Shown here: positions 1 through 11,699 of the stretch, in pieces
How positions within the stretch are numbered: the first letter of the stretch is position 1
How the letters are laid out: every line of letters begins with the position of its first letter
Source: Acanthaster planci
Lineage: Eukaryota
Direction: 5' to 3'
DNA length: 41,370 nucleotides
Assembly (NCBI RefSeq): GCF_001949145.1
Contig: NW_019091360.1
Location: 273,357 to 314,726 of the forward strand
Translations under genes and position numbers: made by a program
The notes under the pieces: generated by a model
What the model saw: the letters and a program-made list of their open reading frames with translations, nothing else
Databases searched by the model: none
What the model was told of the DNA's origin: nothing

Positions 1-58
1 AACACGAAAATATGAAAAAACCGCCCGGCAGCGCATATAACGGTTAAAAAAAAGCACC

Positions 59-76
59 CGGCAGCAAGTGGTTAAG
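59..76. mobile_element. Right terminus of a piggyBac-like element extending left out of the window
   Basis: CCGGCAGCAAGTGG|TTAA reads TTAA|CCACTTGCTGCCG on the minus strand. It resembles the termini at 19538 (TTAA|CCAGTTCCTGCCGG) and 39521 (TTAA|CCACTTGATGCCAG). No partner end is visible. Confidence 0.45.
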
Positions 77-1999
77 CATGACACATAAGGTAAACAAAAT
101 CGGTTACTAACGTTACATTTTTGGACCAACATAAAAAGCCAACAAGCTTTAATTAAAAAGTCTCCTAATACCAACAAGCTTTGAAAAGTTCCTTTGACTG
201 AATTAAGTACCTTGCCACAGGGTACAAATAGTGAAAGTAAAACAACTCTTTTGGAATCTTTGATTTTCTGGAAATCCACCAGAAATCTGATTACTCACAT
301 TACGGTTACTCACGTTACAAAGTGCAAAACACAAAAAGGCATGAACTAACAAATTAACCTTACAAATTTTGACCTACTTAAGTCGAGGTATCATTAACAA
401 ATTATTTATTATCAAATTCTTAAATTATTATTAAATTATTATTAAATTCCCGACCGGGTGACCAGCATTGTTTTCCAAGGAGGACAAAGTTGATACCATT
501 AGCACCCTCACTCCATCCAATTGCCACTCCATCTTCATCAGCGAGACATGATTCAACTGCTCGGCCTGCTGTCACCCGCTCCGCCAGAAGGAAGACATCA
601 GTCACGGCTTGTTAAAATGACTCAGCATATGCTGACTGGAATCTTCCTCGTAGATTTTTCCCAAACTCCTGCTTAATTGTTCATGCGTGGAGATATTCTA
701 GTCTGCAGCCAGAACTTGGCACATGACCGATTTACCATTAAAAGTATGTATTTTGGGATGCTGAAAATGTCAAACTTTCACTTACTACTCCATGCTGGCC
801 CAACACTGCATTCAGTCAGGTTTCCCGTCCTTTTTCTAGGGTTACTACTGAACTTTTCAGAGGTAGCTCTACTCCTCAAGTGAACCTGACTGTTTCAAGA
901 TATTTAGGGACAAAATTGGTCCATTGCCAGACTAATCGAGAGTTAGGCTTCCAAACGAACCCACTTCCACCCCTGCAGGTTTTACCATTGAATTTTATTT
1001 GTCTCAAACATTTGCGAAAATTACACATTTTAATGGCCAATTGTGAAAAAGTTGATGACGTCATCAATGGAATTTGTGCACCGCTAGCACTGAAATGATG
1101 ACTTGAAGTACATGTACGTGCGCAGTGTACGATACATGTACGGTGATGTCGACATTGGGATCCTAACCGTTGACATGACATGCCACATGGTCAGTTGGAT
1201 ATTTTCGGCCTAGGCCTGGGTGCTTTTTTGCTCAACAAGTTAAAAATTAATTAAGGCTTTTTTTATAAGACTTTGGAAAATATTCCACAGATACACTGGT
1301 ACATTACATATGTATCCATCAAAGTAGGCATTTACCATCTGTACATGCCGTGTTTACATGTGTGCCCATGCCTTCGCATGATCACAAACAGTTCTCAGTT
1401 GAAGAAAATGATATCAGGTTTTTTATATCAAAGTTTTCCTTTTACTTGCAATGTGACAAACTTACATGTACGATAAAATGGAGCTGAGAACTGCATTTAG
1501 CAACAATGTATGAACTTGAAAGTGCTACCGAAAAATTTACAGTCAAGAGATTATGAACATGTACATAACTGAGATACAGTATATTCACATTCATGTGTGC
1601 ACATGTAGGCCAACAGCGTATACATTTAAAGGGGATGGGCCATGCTGGGAAGATTTCTAGTAACACATGCATGAACACATAAAACAAACACATATGGGGC
1701 CTATAACAAGTAAACACATCTGCATATTTTCAAAATGCGCAGAAATATGTTAAAAATTATATTTTGCACAACCCGATTTCCTTCCCTTCTGGGAGCAAAA
1801 GCTAAACAACAGCTGTCAGGTACAGAAAGTTGTCTGAAGAAATTCCCAAGAATCGTGACGTCATAGGTTGGAGTCCTTTATCCCGCGACTGTTTACTATT
1901 ACACAACGACGTGTGCAATCATGTCAGACTCAAGCAACGATAATTCCAGCGTTGATACCTTTTCTGATCACAGCAATCAGTTGTCATGTTTGTCTTATT

Positions 2000-2110
2000 C
2001 ATTTGACGAAAGAAAACGACATTGAAGGAGCTGATGAGGCACAAGAAAGTTTGCCTTATCAGTTTGAACTAGAATACACTCAGGAAGAGATTTGCAACTC
2101 ACTGGAAAAT
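2000..2110 (+). pseudogene. 5' remnant of the Kolobok second gene (KolX-like)
   Basis: Acidic stretch followed by LPYQFELEYTQEEI, resembling the PYxFEPEY motif I associate with the Kolobok accessory protein. It is convergent with the THAP remnant inside the TIRs. Confidence 0.4.
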
Positions 2111-2214
2111 AGTCCATGTGCGCCAGTGCAATATAGTCCCATTTTACATCGTTTACGTGTAGTACATGTACATGTATGGGTGTACATGTACGTGTCAGTA
2201 CTGGTACATGTACA

Positions 2215-2393
2215 TACATGAAAACATGCACATTTTGGAATTTTGAGTCCTTGTAAAAACTGATTGTGTGTTATCCACAAATTTAACCTACAATCGCTGG
2301 TGTAAAAAAGAGGCTCAGGAATCTACAAAAACTGCTCTTCTGGGAATTGCTTTGATTGTGACAACAGCCACCAACAAAACAGTTTATCAGCAT
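2215..2393 (-). pseudogene. THAP zinc-finger N-terminus of the Kolobok transposase (degraded, truncated)
   Basis: From the ATG at 2393: MLINCFVGGCCHN…FCRF(P)…(W>stop)VKFVDNTQSVFTRTQNSKMC. This fits the THAP pattern C-x4-C…RFP…W…C, with a frameshift and a stop. Confidence 0.6.
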
Positions 2394-2757
2394 TCTTCCG
2401 AAATTCAAAATTCACTGTAGAAATTATTACATTACACATGTACGACGCAATGCAAAACAAAATAAATGAGACATCAAGTTGAAAACGGTTGAAAACTAGC
2501 ATATAACATCAATTTCACCCTACATGGCCCATCCCCTTTAACTTGACTGTGTACACCTTAATTGAAAAAGTAAACGTGTGATTAAAATCAGAAAATTCAT
2601 ATAAATTGTGAGACAAGGTTAACGCTAGGAAGGACATAATGTTCAGTAGTCATGATGCACGAGGTTTTTTGGGGGGGACTATTGCACATGTTTGGAATTT
2701 TTTATTGAATTTTCAAATTACACGGAATGATGGATTTTTCGTCGTTCCTTGTTACAG

Positions 2758-3298
2758 GCCCAGCACTCTGAACGACATTCCCTGGTTTTGTATGAAGATT
2801 ACAGGTGACTCCATCACCAGGTACCTACCCAAAAACCTATCAAGTGACTGGTTTATTCCAAAAGTTGTGACAAAACCAGGGAGCACTGCATGTCGCCAGC
2901 GTGGTACTTTGGAGAACCTTATGTTTAGCAATGAACCACATGTTATAGTCTTGCATGTTGGGACGAATGATCTTTGCAGGTCATTTCTGGATCCTTTCAT
3001 AAAGAACTACACAGAACAGTATCCCAACACAAACATCATCGTTAGTGGGATTTTACCACATTTTGACAACCTGTCACTGGATGAGGCAGCCAAGGTGTTC
3101 AACATTCACTTGGCAAAATCATGCCTTAAATTTGCCAGATGCAAATTTGTAGATTTCCGAGAGGACATCGGTGAGCATGGTTCATATGCAGCAGATGGGT
3201 TACATCTGAGCTTTAATAGCAACAAGAAATTTAGAGCAGCACTGCAGAAAGCAGTTGAGAGAGTTCTTGTGCGGTCATCCCTGGAGTGTTGGTCGTAA
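2758..3298 (+). pseudogene. SGNH/GDSL hydrolase (esterase) domain, probable N-terminal part of the Academ-like ORF
   Basis: All four SGNH blocks are present in ORF 2639-3298: ITGDSITR, KPG, VLHVGTNDL, DGLHLS. There is a plausible splice acceptor (TTCCTTGTTACAG) ending at 2757. Confidence 0.8.
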
Positions 3299-3318
3299 GG
3301 AGATAAGAACTCCACATC

Positions 3319-4804
3319 ATGGTAAGGAAAAAACGAAAGAAGGCCATTCCATCCCCATTAAAGGCTGCCGTAGTGAGTGGGCTTACTCCAGTGCCTCCAC
3401 TGTCCCCTCATGTGTCGAGAGTGCCCACTCTGATGAAGCCACTTCAACAATCTGTTGCAGCGTGTAGGCCCGCCCCAAAGCCCCCACTGCCCCTTCGCCT
3501 GCTGAGAGAGCCCACTTCAAAAAGGCCACTTCAACAACCTGTTGCGAGTGGGCCTACTGCAAAGACGCCTTTCCCCCTCACGTCGAGAGAGCCCACTGTG
3601 ATGAAGCCACTTCAACAACCTGTTGCAGTGAGTACATGTAGGCCAGCTCCAAGGCCCCCACTGCTCCTCGCCTGTCGAGAGAGCCCACTTTGATGGAACC
3701 ACTTCAACAACCTGTTGCAGTGAGTGGGGCTTACTGTACAGATGCCACTGCCCTCTCTCCTGCCACGCACTGGTACCAGTCAAGCAAGATTTAAACTTCC
3801 GTCCAAGTCAGCCGTCAAGAAGAAACTGTCTCGAATGAAAATTAACTGGCATTCAGAAGAGGAGGATCATGAAGGGTTTATCCAGGTTGGCTTCTCCAGA
3901 AATGATGCACCACATGTTAGTCCTGTTAGTCCTGTTTGGCAACCAGTTTCATGTATTCATAGCCGAGATCTTTTGTCAGTGAAATCAGTGTTCACAGGTT
4001 CATCCCTCAGCCCACCCCAGCCTGATACCCCCTATATTACCAGAAAACACATTGGGAAAAGGAATCGGCATAAAATCTTGAGATCAAGAAAGAGACGGCG
4101 CTGGCAGCGAAACCAAGCAGCAAATGGTTGGCTGTTGATTGGCAGTACATGTACTACAAAGCAATTGCAGGGGTAAACATAAAGAAAGGAAGATCCAAGC
4201 GTACAAAATTGGCTCCTCGTTGTGGGAAAACACCATGAGGCCCATGTGGTGGTTGCAAAAAACAAGGTATTTTCTTTTATCATTTGGAGTCTATTCAAAA
4301 CGAAGCCGTCAGAAATTGGTTTCGTAAAAATGCAAATCTGACTGAAACTGACTGCACTTGTAGGGCATGTAAGGTTTCTGTGGACAAGAAACAGTCTAAT
4401 CCATTTTACACCCCTGAAAAGTCTCCAAAAAAACATGTCTTGTTTATGCTCTGGCTGATGTTGAAAAACGTAATACAATTTCTTCCCACAATATGGAATG
4501 CCCTGGGGAAGAATTTAACACATGTTTTTCCATAAATTTCAATGAGAAGACCTGTGTTTTCCCACTTTGCAAGATGCATTATCGTTTACTGTGGAAGCAC
4601 AGATGTGAGTATAAATGTGCTGCTTGCCAGGTTACCATCCAGGCATCTTTGAAAAAGTACTTGTGTTCCTCGGGTACAGGGTTGTCTGCAGCTTCTGAAG
4701 TATTGCAATCAATTTTAGGCAATGAAAACTTGGTCCTTGATGGTTATCTGTGTTTTCCTTGTTATAAACTTGTTTCTGGAAAAGTGTCATCATTGCTTTC
4801 TTTA
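3319..4804 (+). pseudogene. Academ-like transposon ORF, 5' part (Pro-rich and basic linker, Cys/His zinc fingers), interrupted at 4804
   Basis: Chain of + strand ORFs joined by frameshifts and stops: GPCGGC…YHL…DCTCRAC, PLCKMHY, CAAC…LCFPCY. It continues in frame at 16052 once the inserted element is removed. Confidence 0.7.
3372..3760 (+). repeat. Coding minisatellite, ~4.5 units of 81-92 bp encoding Pro-rich REPT(L/V)MKPLQQPVA repeats
   Basis: The anchor CCACTTCAACAA(C/T)CTGTTGC recurs at 3439, 3526, 3607 and 3699, and is translated in ORF 3319-3693. Confidence 0.9.
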
Positions 4805-4860
4805 GGCGGCTTTGCAAAAAGGTTGCCGCGGTTTGACCGTTGTGGTCGCCGCGGTTTGGC
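4805..4860 (+). repeat. Left TIR of the Zator-like element
   Basis: GGCGGCTTTGCAAAAAGGTTG-CCGCGGTTTGAC…GTCGCCGCGGTTTGGC. Confidence 0.92.
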
Positions 4861-5376
4861 CGGGTTGCTAAGGATCGTACAAACCGCGGTTTGGCTGCAT
4901 CAAAATCACTCATGCAAAGGCAAGTTAATGAGGTACGAGTGGAAACTGCGGCATTGTAATGCTAAAGCGCGTCATGAATAATGCATTATCAGCTGTCCAA
5001 AACGCGGTGATCGCGGCGCGTTTTTATGAAGACCAAAGTTTTTCGGAACGTCGGCGATCGCTTGTATGCCCACTGACTTGCGTAAATATGAACGTGGTGA
5101 CTGCGTTGATATCAAAGGGGAATCAACGATCACACACAGTATGAATGAAACACAACATTTTCAAACGTGATTTTGATCGGGTAATTGCTTCGAAATATAG
5201 AACAGCAAATGCTAGCTTAAAACTTGTATTACACATGTGCTTAATGTTTCTTCCACCTTGGTGGTACGATTGTAAAATAATTGCCTTTTACTACCGGCTT
5301 GTATTAAATCCATTGACTTTGCGGTAGGCCGATGTCATGTGCGCTCCAATGGCCTGCGCCAATAAAAAGCCCAAAT

Positions 5377-6252
5377 GAGAGCTGCCAACTTTTACAAACT
5401 CATTTTAGTATTCAGAAAAGAAAAAAAATTTGGTAGAGAAAATTTGTATTTTTCATGCGGCACTCTCAGTGAAACACTGTACGTGAAAATCAGGACTTTT
5501 TTTGCACCGCACTGATTGTTCACATTGCAACAACAGCAATGGTAATTAAAAGCGAGGATGAAATTTTCTTTCGGAAAGTTGTAATCACAGTGGTGTAATA
5601 AATCACTGGTATCAAAGATTGTGCACTTCTTACTTTACGGATTCCCGGCCCGGCAATGGACATCGCGAAACGCCATCCAAAAAGGCGAGACCATGCAACC
5701 AGCGTATATGCATTAAACACCTAGTACCACCATGTCACGCGCTCGCAAATAAACAACTGTGATCCAATAGACAAGACATTCAGTCATTTATCGATCATAT
5801 TTTGCCAGCTCTTAGATGCGTTGTGCACGTACAATACACGCACCACACTCAAAAAACAAAAACAAACAAAACGATCCGTTCATCACAGACTGGAATTTAA
5901 GTCTATGGAATGTAGTGAGAATTTAGGTTCAACAATATGCTCCTTACGCAGTTCTTCACGCTATAAAGTCACATCGTTGTACTTCTCGCAAAATTCTTCA
6001 TGCTTGCGTATTCCAATGCCCCTGTGTTTTCTTTATCGGGAGCAACTGAACTGCAAACAAGCCAAGTAAAATCACACATCGGACTTATCGATGTGATTGA
6101 CGCTTATTATCGGGCTTCCTACTTCAGTATAAAGCTCGTACGCAATAATGCCCTCATTTTAACAAATTAAAGCTGTATTTTTAACATGAATATCGTAATG
6201 TCGTATTCCTGGTGAATTTCCATGTGAAAATCCGTACTGGTTGGCAGCTCTG
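5377..6252. mobile_element. Non-autonomous TIR element (P- or hAT/Tip100-like ends) nested in the Zator left arm
   Basis: TIR (G/C)AGAGCTGCCAAC at 5377-5389 and 6240-6252. Flanks CCCAAAT / CCAAAAT form a 7-bp TSD with one mismatch. No coding capacity is evident. Confidence 0.6.
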
Positions 6253-6304
6253 CCAAAATAAACCAGCATGCCCACTGATGATACGGACCAGTTGGTCAAC
6301 TACG

Positions 6305-6768
6305 NNNNNNNNNNNNNNNNNNNNNNNNNNNNNNNNNNNNNNNNNNNNNNNNNNNNNNNNNNNNNNNNNNNNNNNNNNNNNNNNNNNNNNNNNNNNNNNN
6401 NNNNNNNNNNNNNNNNNNNNNNNNNNNNNNNNNNNNNNNNNNNNNNNNNNNNNNNNNNNNNNNNNNNNNNNNNNNNNNNNNNNNNNNNNNNNNNNNNNNN
6501 NNNNNNNNNNNNNNNNNNNNNNNNNNNNNNNNNNNNNNNNNNNNNNNNNNNNNNNNNNNNNNNNNNNNNNNNNNNNNNNNNNNNNNNNNNNNNNNNNNNN
6601 NNNNNNNNNNNNNNNNNNNNNNNNNNNNNNNNNNNNNNNNNNNNNNNNNNNNNNNNNNNNNNNNNNNNNNNNNNNNNNNNNNNNNNNNNNNNNNNNNNNN
6701 NNNNNNNNNNNNNNNNNNNNNNNNNNNNNNNNNNNNNNNNNNNNNNNNNNNNNNNNNNNNNNNNNNNN
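6305..6768. other. N gap (others at 7799-7936, 12657-12760, 19905-20498, 22996-23087)
   Basis: Runs of N. ORFs spanning them are artefacts of the ORF track. Confidence 0.98.
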
Positions 6769-8888
6769 GGGACATTAAAGGAAAATATTTAAATAGAACA
6801 GCAGAAAGTAACAGGAAAACTTAAAAAGCACAGTTGAATGCACAAAATAGATACGATAACTTTTAATTATAACAAATTAATATTGTAACCAGGAAAATCG
6901 TAGCGGCTCCTTTCCCCACCGCAAGTTGTACAACTCCACTCAAAATACATGCAAGGTCCAATTAAAGAGGGTGATTGACACTGTGCTGCAAGTTCATCAG
7001 GTTGATTGACATTGACCCAGTTATCAGGTCTGCTGTTGAGGCTCCATTCCAGGATCAAAGGATTTTGCAAGAAGCCGCTAGAATTACAAATAGGGAAATA
7101 TGATTTGTTCATCTTTGATTAGTGGTACTTTTTGCGAGCTGTGATTTGGGGATACTGAATTCGGCCGTCGCAGACTAGGGTTTTTACGTTCAACCGCCAA
7201 TGTGTATTCTTGTACATATATTTGTTTACGGGAATGGGGAAGAAGCAGGTGTTTACGGAAGAAATAGGTTGGTTGTCATTGTCCTATATGGAATATTCCA
7301 AAAAGGAAAGTCCACGTCAGTTGGTGGGATAGCTCTTCATTTGTACTGTTTAGGTTGTTGATAATTCTTTTTATTCTCTCTCTCTTTTTTTGGTTTCACT
7401 GGCTGTAAATTCATATTTAAAAAATTGGGCCCAGAAATTTGGAATGTTTTATGGATTGAGAGATTGCGAAGCACTTGCTCGAACCGATTCACTCGTACCC
7501 ACCGCCCGTGCAGCGCGTACTATATACTGTAGCAAATTCAACCCACCTTCACTTTACGTACATGGCTATTGCATGTGTACACGGCTTTTGAATGTATACA
7601 CGGCTACTGTATGAATGGGCCGTTGCCTCCCTTTCCGATTTCAACGCTGTCATGGAGACATTTGGGGTAAACACAAAAGCCTGGTAGAACTTGTACATGG
7701 TACTAGTGCGTGCATCGCGGCCAACGCGGTCGGGTCGAAGTGATCGAAGCAAACGTCATACTCTATTTCCATTGCTATACGGTGTTTGCTGATGAATTNN
7801 NNNNNNNNNNNNNNNNNNNNNNNNNNNNNNNNNNNNNNNNNNNNNNNNNNNNNNNNNNNNNNNNNNNNNNNNNNNNNNNNNNNNNNNNNNNNNNNNNNNN
7901 NNNNNNNNNNNNNNNNNNNNNNNNNNNNNNNNNNNNTTTTATATGACAGTTGTGATAAGTTATATTCATTTCTTCAACCTTGCCCTTCCAAGTCTTTCAA
8001 ACAGTGGTAACTCTTGTATGTGAAAACAATATTGGCCTAGGCAAATAAAATGCAACTTACTGGGGCATGTACATGTTGGCCTACACGTAGCCTACAGTCA
8101 TGGCAGTAGGCCTAAATGTCATATGTTAATACTTGCGGTTCTGATTTTAAGGAATGTTTAGGTTGGTTCTACATGCTCTAAAAGGCCCCATAAACGTAAG
8201 TTCATTACGCCAACCCACGTCATATTTGCTGGCCGCTTGGGGACCAAAAATAAAATTAAATTTTGTAGTCAACATGCTGTAGGCCTACACATGTACCATA
8301 CTCGTATTTCCAGAAATCATTAGAAACTTAAAAACATTTGAACTATTTAAAACACCCACAAGCTCTTCCTTTGCTACCAGAAATTGAGGTACAAGTGCTT
8401 TAATTTCAGCCACTAAAATCAAGGAAACAAATGTCACAGTGTACCGACACCAAAATTCACCGGCCCCCACAGTTATGGAATCACCCATTTTGTATGTGTA
8501 GTCGACATGCTTTTGGCCTACACATGTACCACACATGTATTTCCAGAAATGTAATGTTCATTTAGGCTCTCCATTAACCTTTACACTAGTTACAGGGTGT
8601 ACATAGACACCCTACATACACCTTGTGAGGTACGTGGACAACCCTACATTGCATGTATTGTTAATATATGCCTAATTGTACTTACCTATGGCACCCCCCC
8701 CCAAAAAAATGCTGCTTGCCCACACCATTTTTTCTTAGTCAGATGATAAACTAATAATTTATATTAGAATTTTATTTTCTGTAGAAAATGACCTTAAAGC
8801 TTGAATGAGTAACAGATAAAGTGATAGGTGAAAAAACAAGGCAGTTTTGTTAATATTTCCTTAAATCTCCAATCTCTTTCTTGTTTAG

Positions 8889-11385
8889 GTCTGGAGAACA
8901 CAGTTACACTTCCAGTACAGTCTAAGAGAAAGTCATCTTCGCAAGTCAGTGTTTCAGAATCACAAATACAAGTTAAGAGAGGTCGTCCATCCATTGAGGA
9001 GCTATTTCCTGGCATCATTGAGGTAACAGAGACCTTCATTGAACAAAATGGATTTGAGGCCCACCGCAGACGACAAGAGACAGCGGGGCAGTGTGGAACA
9101 ACACTAAACAGCATACGTGATCACCTTTTCCAAGTGGTTCCTGGCCTAAAAGATTACAAAGGAGATTTATGTAAGTCATTTTTTTCTCTAAATGGGTAAT
9201 TCTATAAATAAGGGTTCCAATTTTGTGACATTTTGGTCTCTCCATTACACATGAAATATGCGGTATTTTTGTACCTAATATTATAACAACTTTAATAATG
9301 AAACATTAAATTATTTACAAAAATACTCAATGATTTCACATGTAACGGAGAGACCCCACAATATCCATTGAATCATTGCAGAACAGGTACTGAGCAAATC
9401 AAATCAACTCATGCAGGAAAATGTAATCAGGAAAAATCCAGAAAATTATTTTCACATTTCACTTCAGATGTAGAAATACTGCTGCTGTTACTGGCATGAT
9501 ATCATAGCTTTACTCATGAATATGGAAATTCTCATTAGCATAAAACAAAACTTGCAATTACAGCCCATAGCTTTTACGGATTTGAATTTAATGGATAGTG
9601 ACATGAGAAATAAGTTGTTTGGCATGATTTAAGGGAATGAAAACTGTATTACACCCACCCTTTAATTTGTTGAACATTTGTTTAGGATAATTGGTTTCAT
9701 TGTGATTTTTTGCAGCCTTATCCACCATCCGCAGATGGATGACAGCTCCAAACAAGCTGAGGACTTCTGCAAAAAAACTACAAAGGAGTTATTGATGCTA
9801 AGGTCCCAGCCAAGATCAACTCCAGGCAAAATCCTAATGATAATGAACATTATTACTCAGCCGGAGTGAAATATGCCCTGGAGGCATGTAGCAAAACATC
9901 GCCATCATTGCTGATGATTTCAGTTGACAACAAGAAAAAATTATGCATTAGTTCAGCCACAATAGCAGTAGACAGGAGATGTACCATTACACATATCTTT
10001 CCCTCCAATGACACACCCAATTACTGCGATCATGACTTCCGAACCCTGGATATCTAATTACGCCAGCTGGATATCTCATGATGTCTCCCCCAGACCCTCC
10101 TCAGATGACCCATGACAAAAATGGCCGAAAAGCTTACAGGTAACTTTTTAAAATCTTGTTTAGAAAAGTTCTACTTTGAGTCGCCCATAACAAAGCTAAA
10201 AGCCACTCAAGGTTAAGGGTTATAAGCAAGACAATTGACACATGTTCACAATCTTCTTAAACTTATCAACCGAGTCAACCAAAGTGTAGTGTGGGGGGGG
10301 GCTATTAACATGGCTCTTTGTTCTGCAATATGATATCTTAATAGTAATGTCTTAATGCTGAAGTAACCTGATTATGAAAGCAGGTGAGTGAAGGGAATTT
10401 AATTTATAATTAAAGAAAGTGCATGTATAATCCTGAATTTTGTTTCTTTTTTCTCAGCCTGCCTACTCGAAGTGGGATCAAGGTGATAAACCGAGGACCA
10501 CACTCCAAGACCAGTATTGCGAGCCATGCAAGCGACTTGTTCCCCCTAATCCAGGAAAGTAAGAAGACTTGCATAACCATCTTGGCCGACGGGGGGTCAG
10601 ACTTCAATGTCAATCATTTGACGAACAAATTTTTCTACATGAGACTATTCCGCGATCTGCACCTTGATGTTCTGCTGGCCACTACCCATTGCCCAGGGTT
10701 TTCAGCCCGTAACCCCATTGAGCACGTTTGGTCCGTACTGACAAGGGCATCTGTTTCTATTTATCTTCCGGACCACCTCCCTGGTAAGTCCAATCCAGCC
10801 AAGGAGCCAGAAGGAAACATCAGATGAGAGAAGGAGAGGGAGGTGTTCGATTCAGCCCTTGAAAAGTTAGACAGATACTGGAGCAACCTCTACTACGACG
10901 GGCTAAAGATTGATGTTGGCCATAAGAAGTCGGATGATGAGGATCATCCATACACCACAGCTGATTATGAACACTCCCATAAAGTACTGACAGGGTCCTA
11001 TAGGAATCTCCAGCGAGAAGAGGACATGTGTGAAGAAGTCCGTTTCTTCAAACGTCATGTAGATCGGCGGGTTGGTATGGTAATTTTTGTGAAATGCCTC
11101 CCACCAGATCAGTGTAGCCATTGTGTGAGACATTCAATCATCAATGAAGAGGCTGTCAAACTTTACAGGAAGTTCCCTTCTCCCATCCCTTCAAGCACCC
11201 ATCCCGGACACTTTGCTTCATTCCTGGAGGTACTCGAATATAATAATACCGGTGCACCAGATGAAAATATGCCCTACGTCTCCAGTAAGCAGCTAGGGAG
11301 ATGTCAGTACTGCAAGTACGTGTTCACTTCTAAGACAGACCAAAAAACACATCGACGATTATTTCATCATAATGGGGAACAGTAA
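8889..11385 (+). pseudogene. Zator-type (TP36-related) DDE transposase, spliced; exons 8889-9170, 9716-10139, 10458-11385; 5' exon(s) not located
   Basis: GT-AG introns with compatible phases (9171-9715, 10140-10457). The spliced product has AHRRR, LSLSTIRRWMTAPNK…AKNYKG, MISVDNK (D1), DHDF…LITPAGY, LADGGSD (D2), CPGFSARNPIEHVW (E), and a C-terminal C2H2 finger CQYC…HRRLFH. Lesions: +1 in the A-run at ~9771-9777, -1 near 10045, and an in-frame TGA at 10825-10827. Confidence 0.82.
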
Positions 11386-11699
11386 CTTCTAACTTCGTCT
11401 GGGAAAGGAGTGTGTCAACGTGAGATAGAAAATGAAAGATGAGCAATCCAAAGAAGGGGGACTAGTTCCTTTTTCTTGCTTATTCGATTTCTCTCTGCTA
11501 AAAGCATTGCCAAAATCTGTTTTTAAAAATTGTAGACAAGTCAAAATGCATAAATTACAGAAAGCATACCAGACTTTTATTAAATCTTTTTATTATTCAG
11601 TTATTAAATATTTTGGTAAATGCAACATCGTTATGAGCATGTAGAAGAAATTTTCCTTCTTTGAAAAAGGTACTTATTGAATGCATTGAAATAATGATG

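Larger units (their letters stand above)
1630..2537. mobile_element. Kolobok DNA transposon, internally deleted non-autonomous copy
   Basis: Perfect 15-bp TIR AGGGGATGGGCCATG (1630-1644 / 2523-2537), flanked by TTAA on both sides (1626-1629, 2538-2541). AGG…CCT ends with a TTAA TSD are the Kolobok signature. It contains convergent remnants of two genes. Confidence 0.85.

Noticed and set aside
420..615. GC-richer segment with short ORFs on both strands
   Set aside because: No diagnostic motif; cannot be assigned.
4805..4981. C-terminal part of ORF 4493-4981 (GGFAKRLPRF…)
   Set aside because: It is read-through into the TIR of the inserted element, not genuine coding sequence.
6212..6792. Long ORFs across N runs (also 7710-8010, 19836-20545, 22926-23201)
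   Set aside because: Artefacts of ambiguous bases.
8282..8550. Short direct repeats GGCCTACACATGTACCA…TATTTCCAGAAAT (8282/8515) and TCGAGGTGACCATGTTCAA (14610/14687)
   Set aside because: Real, but only two copies each and with no element structure; treated as local duplications.
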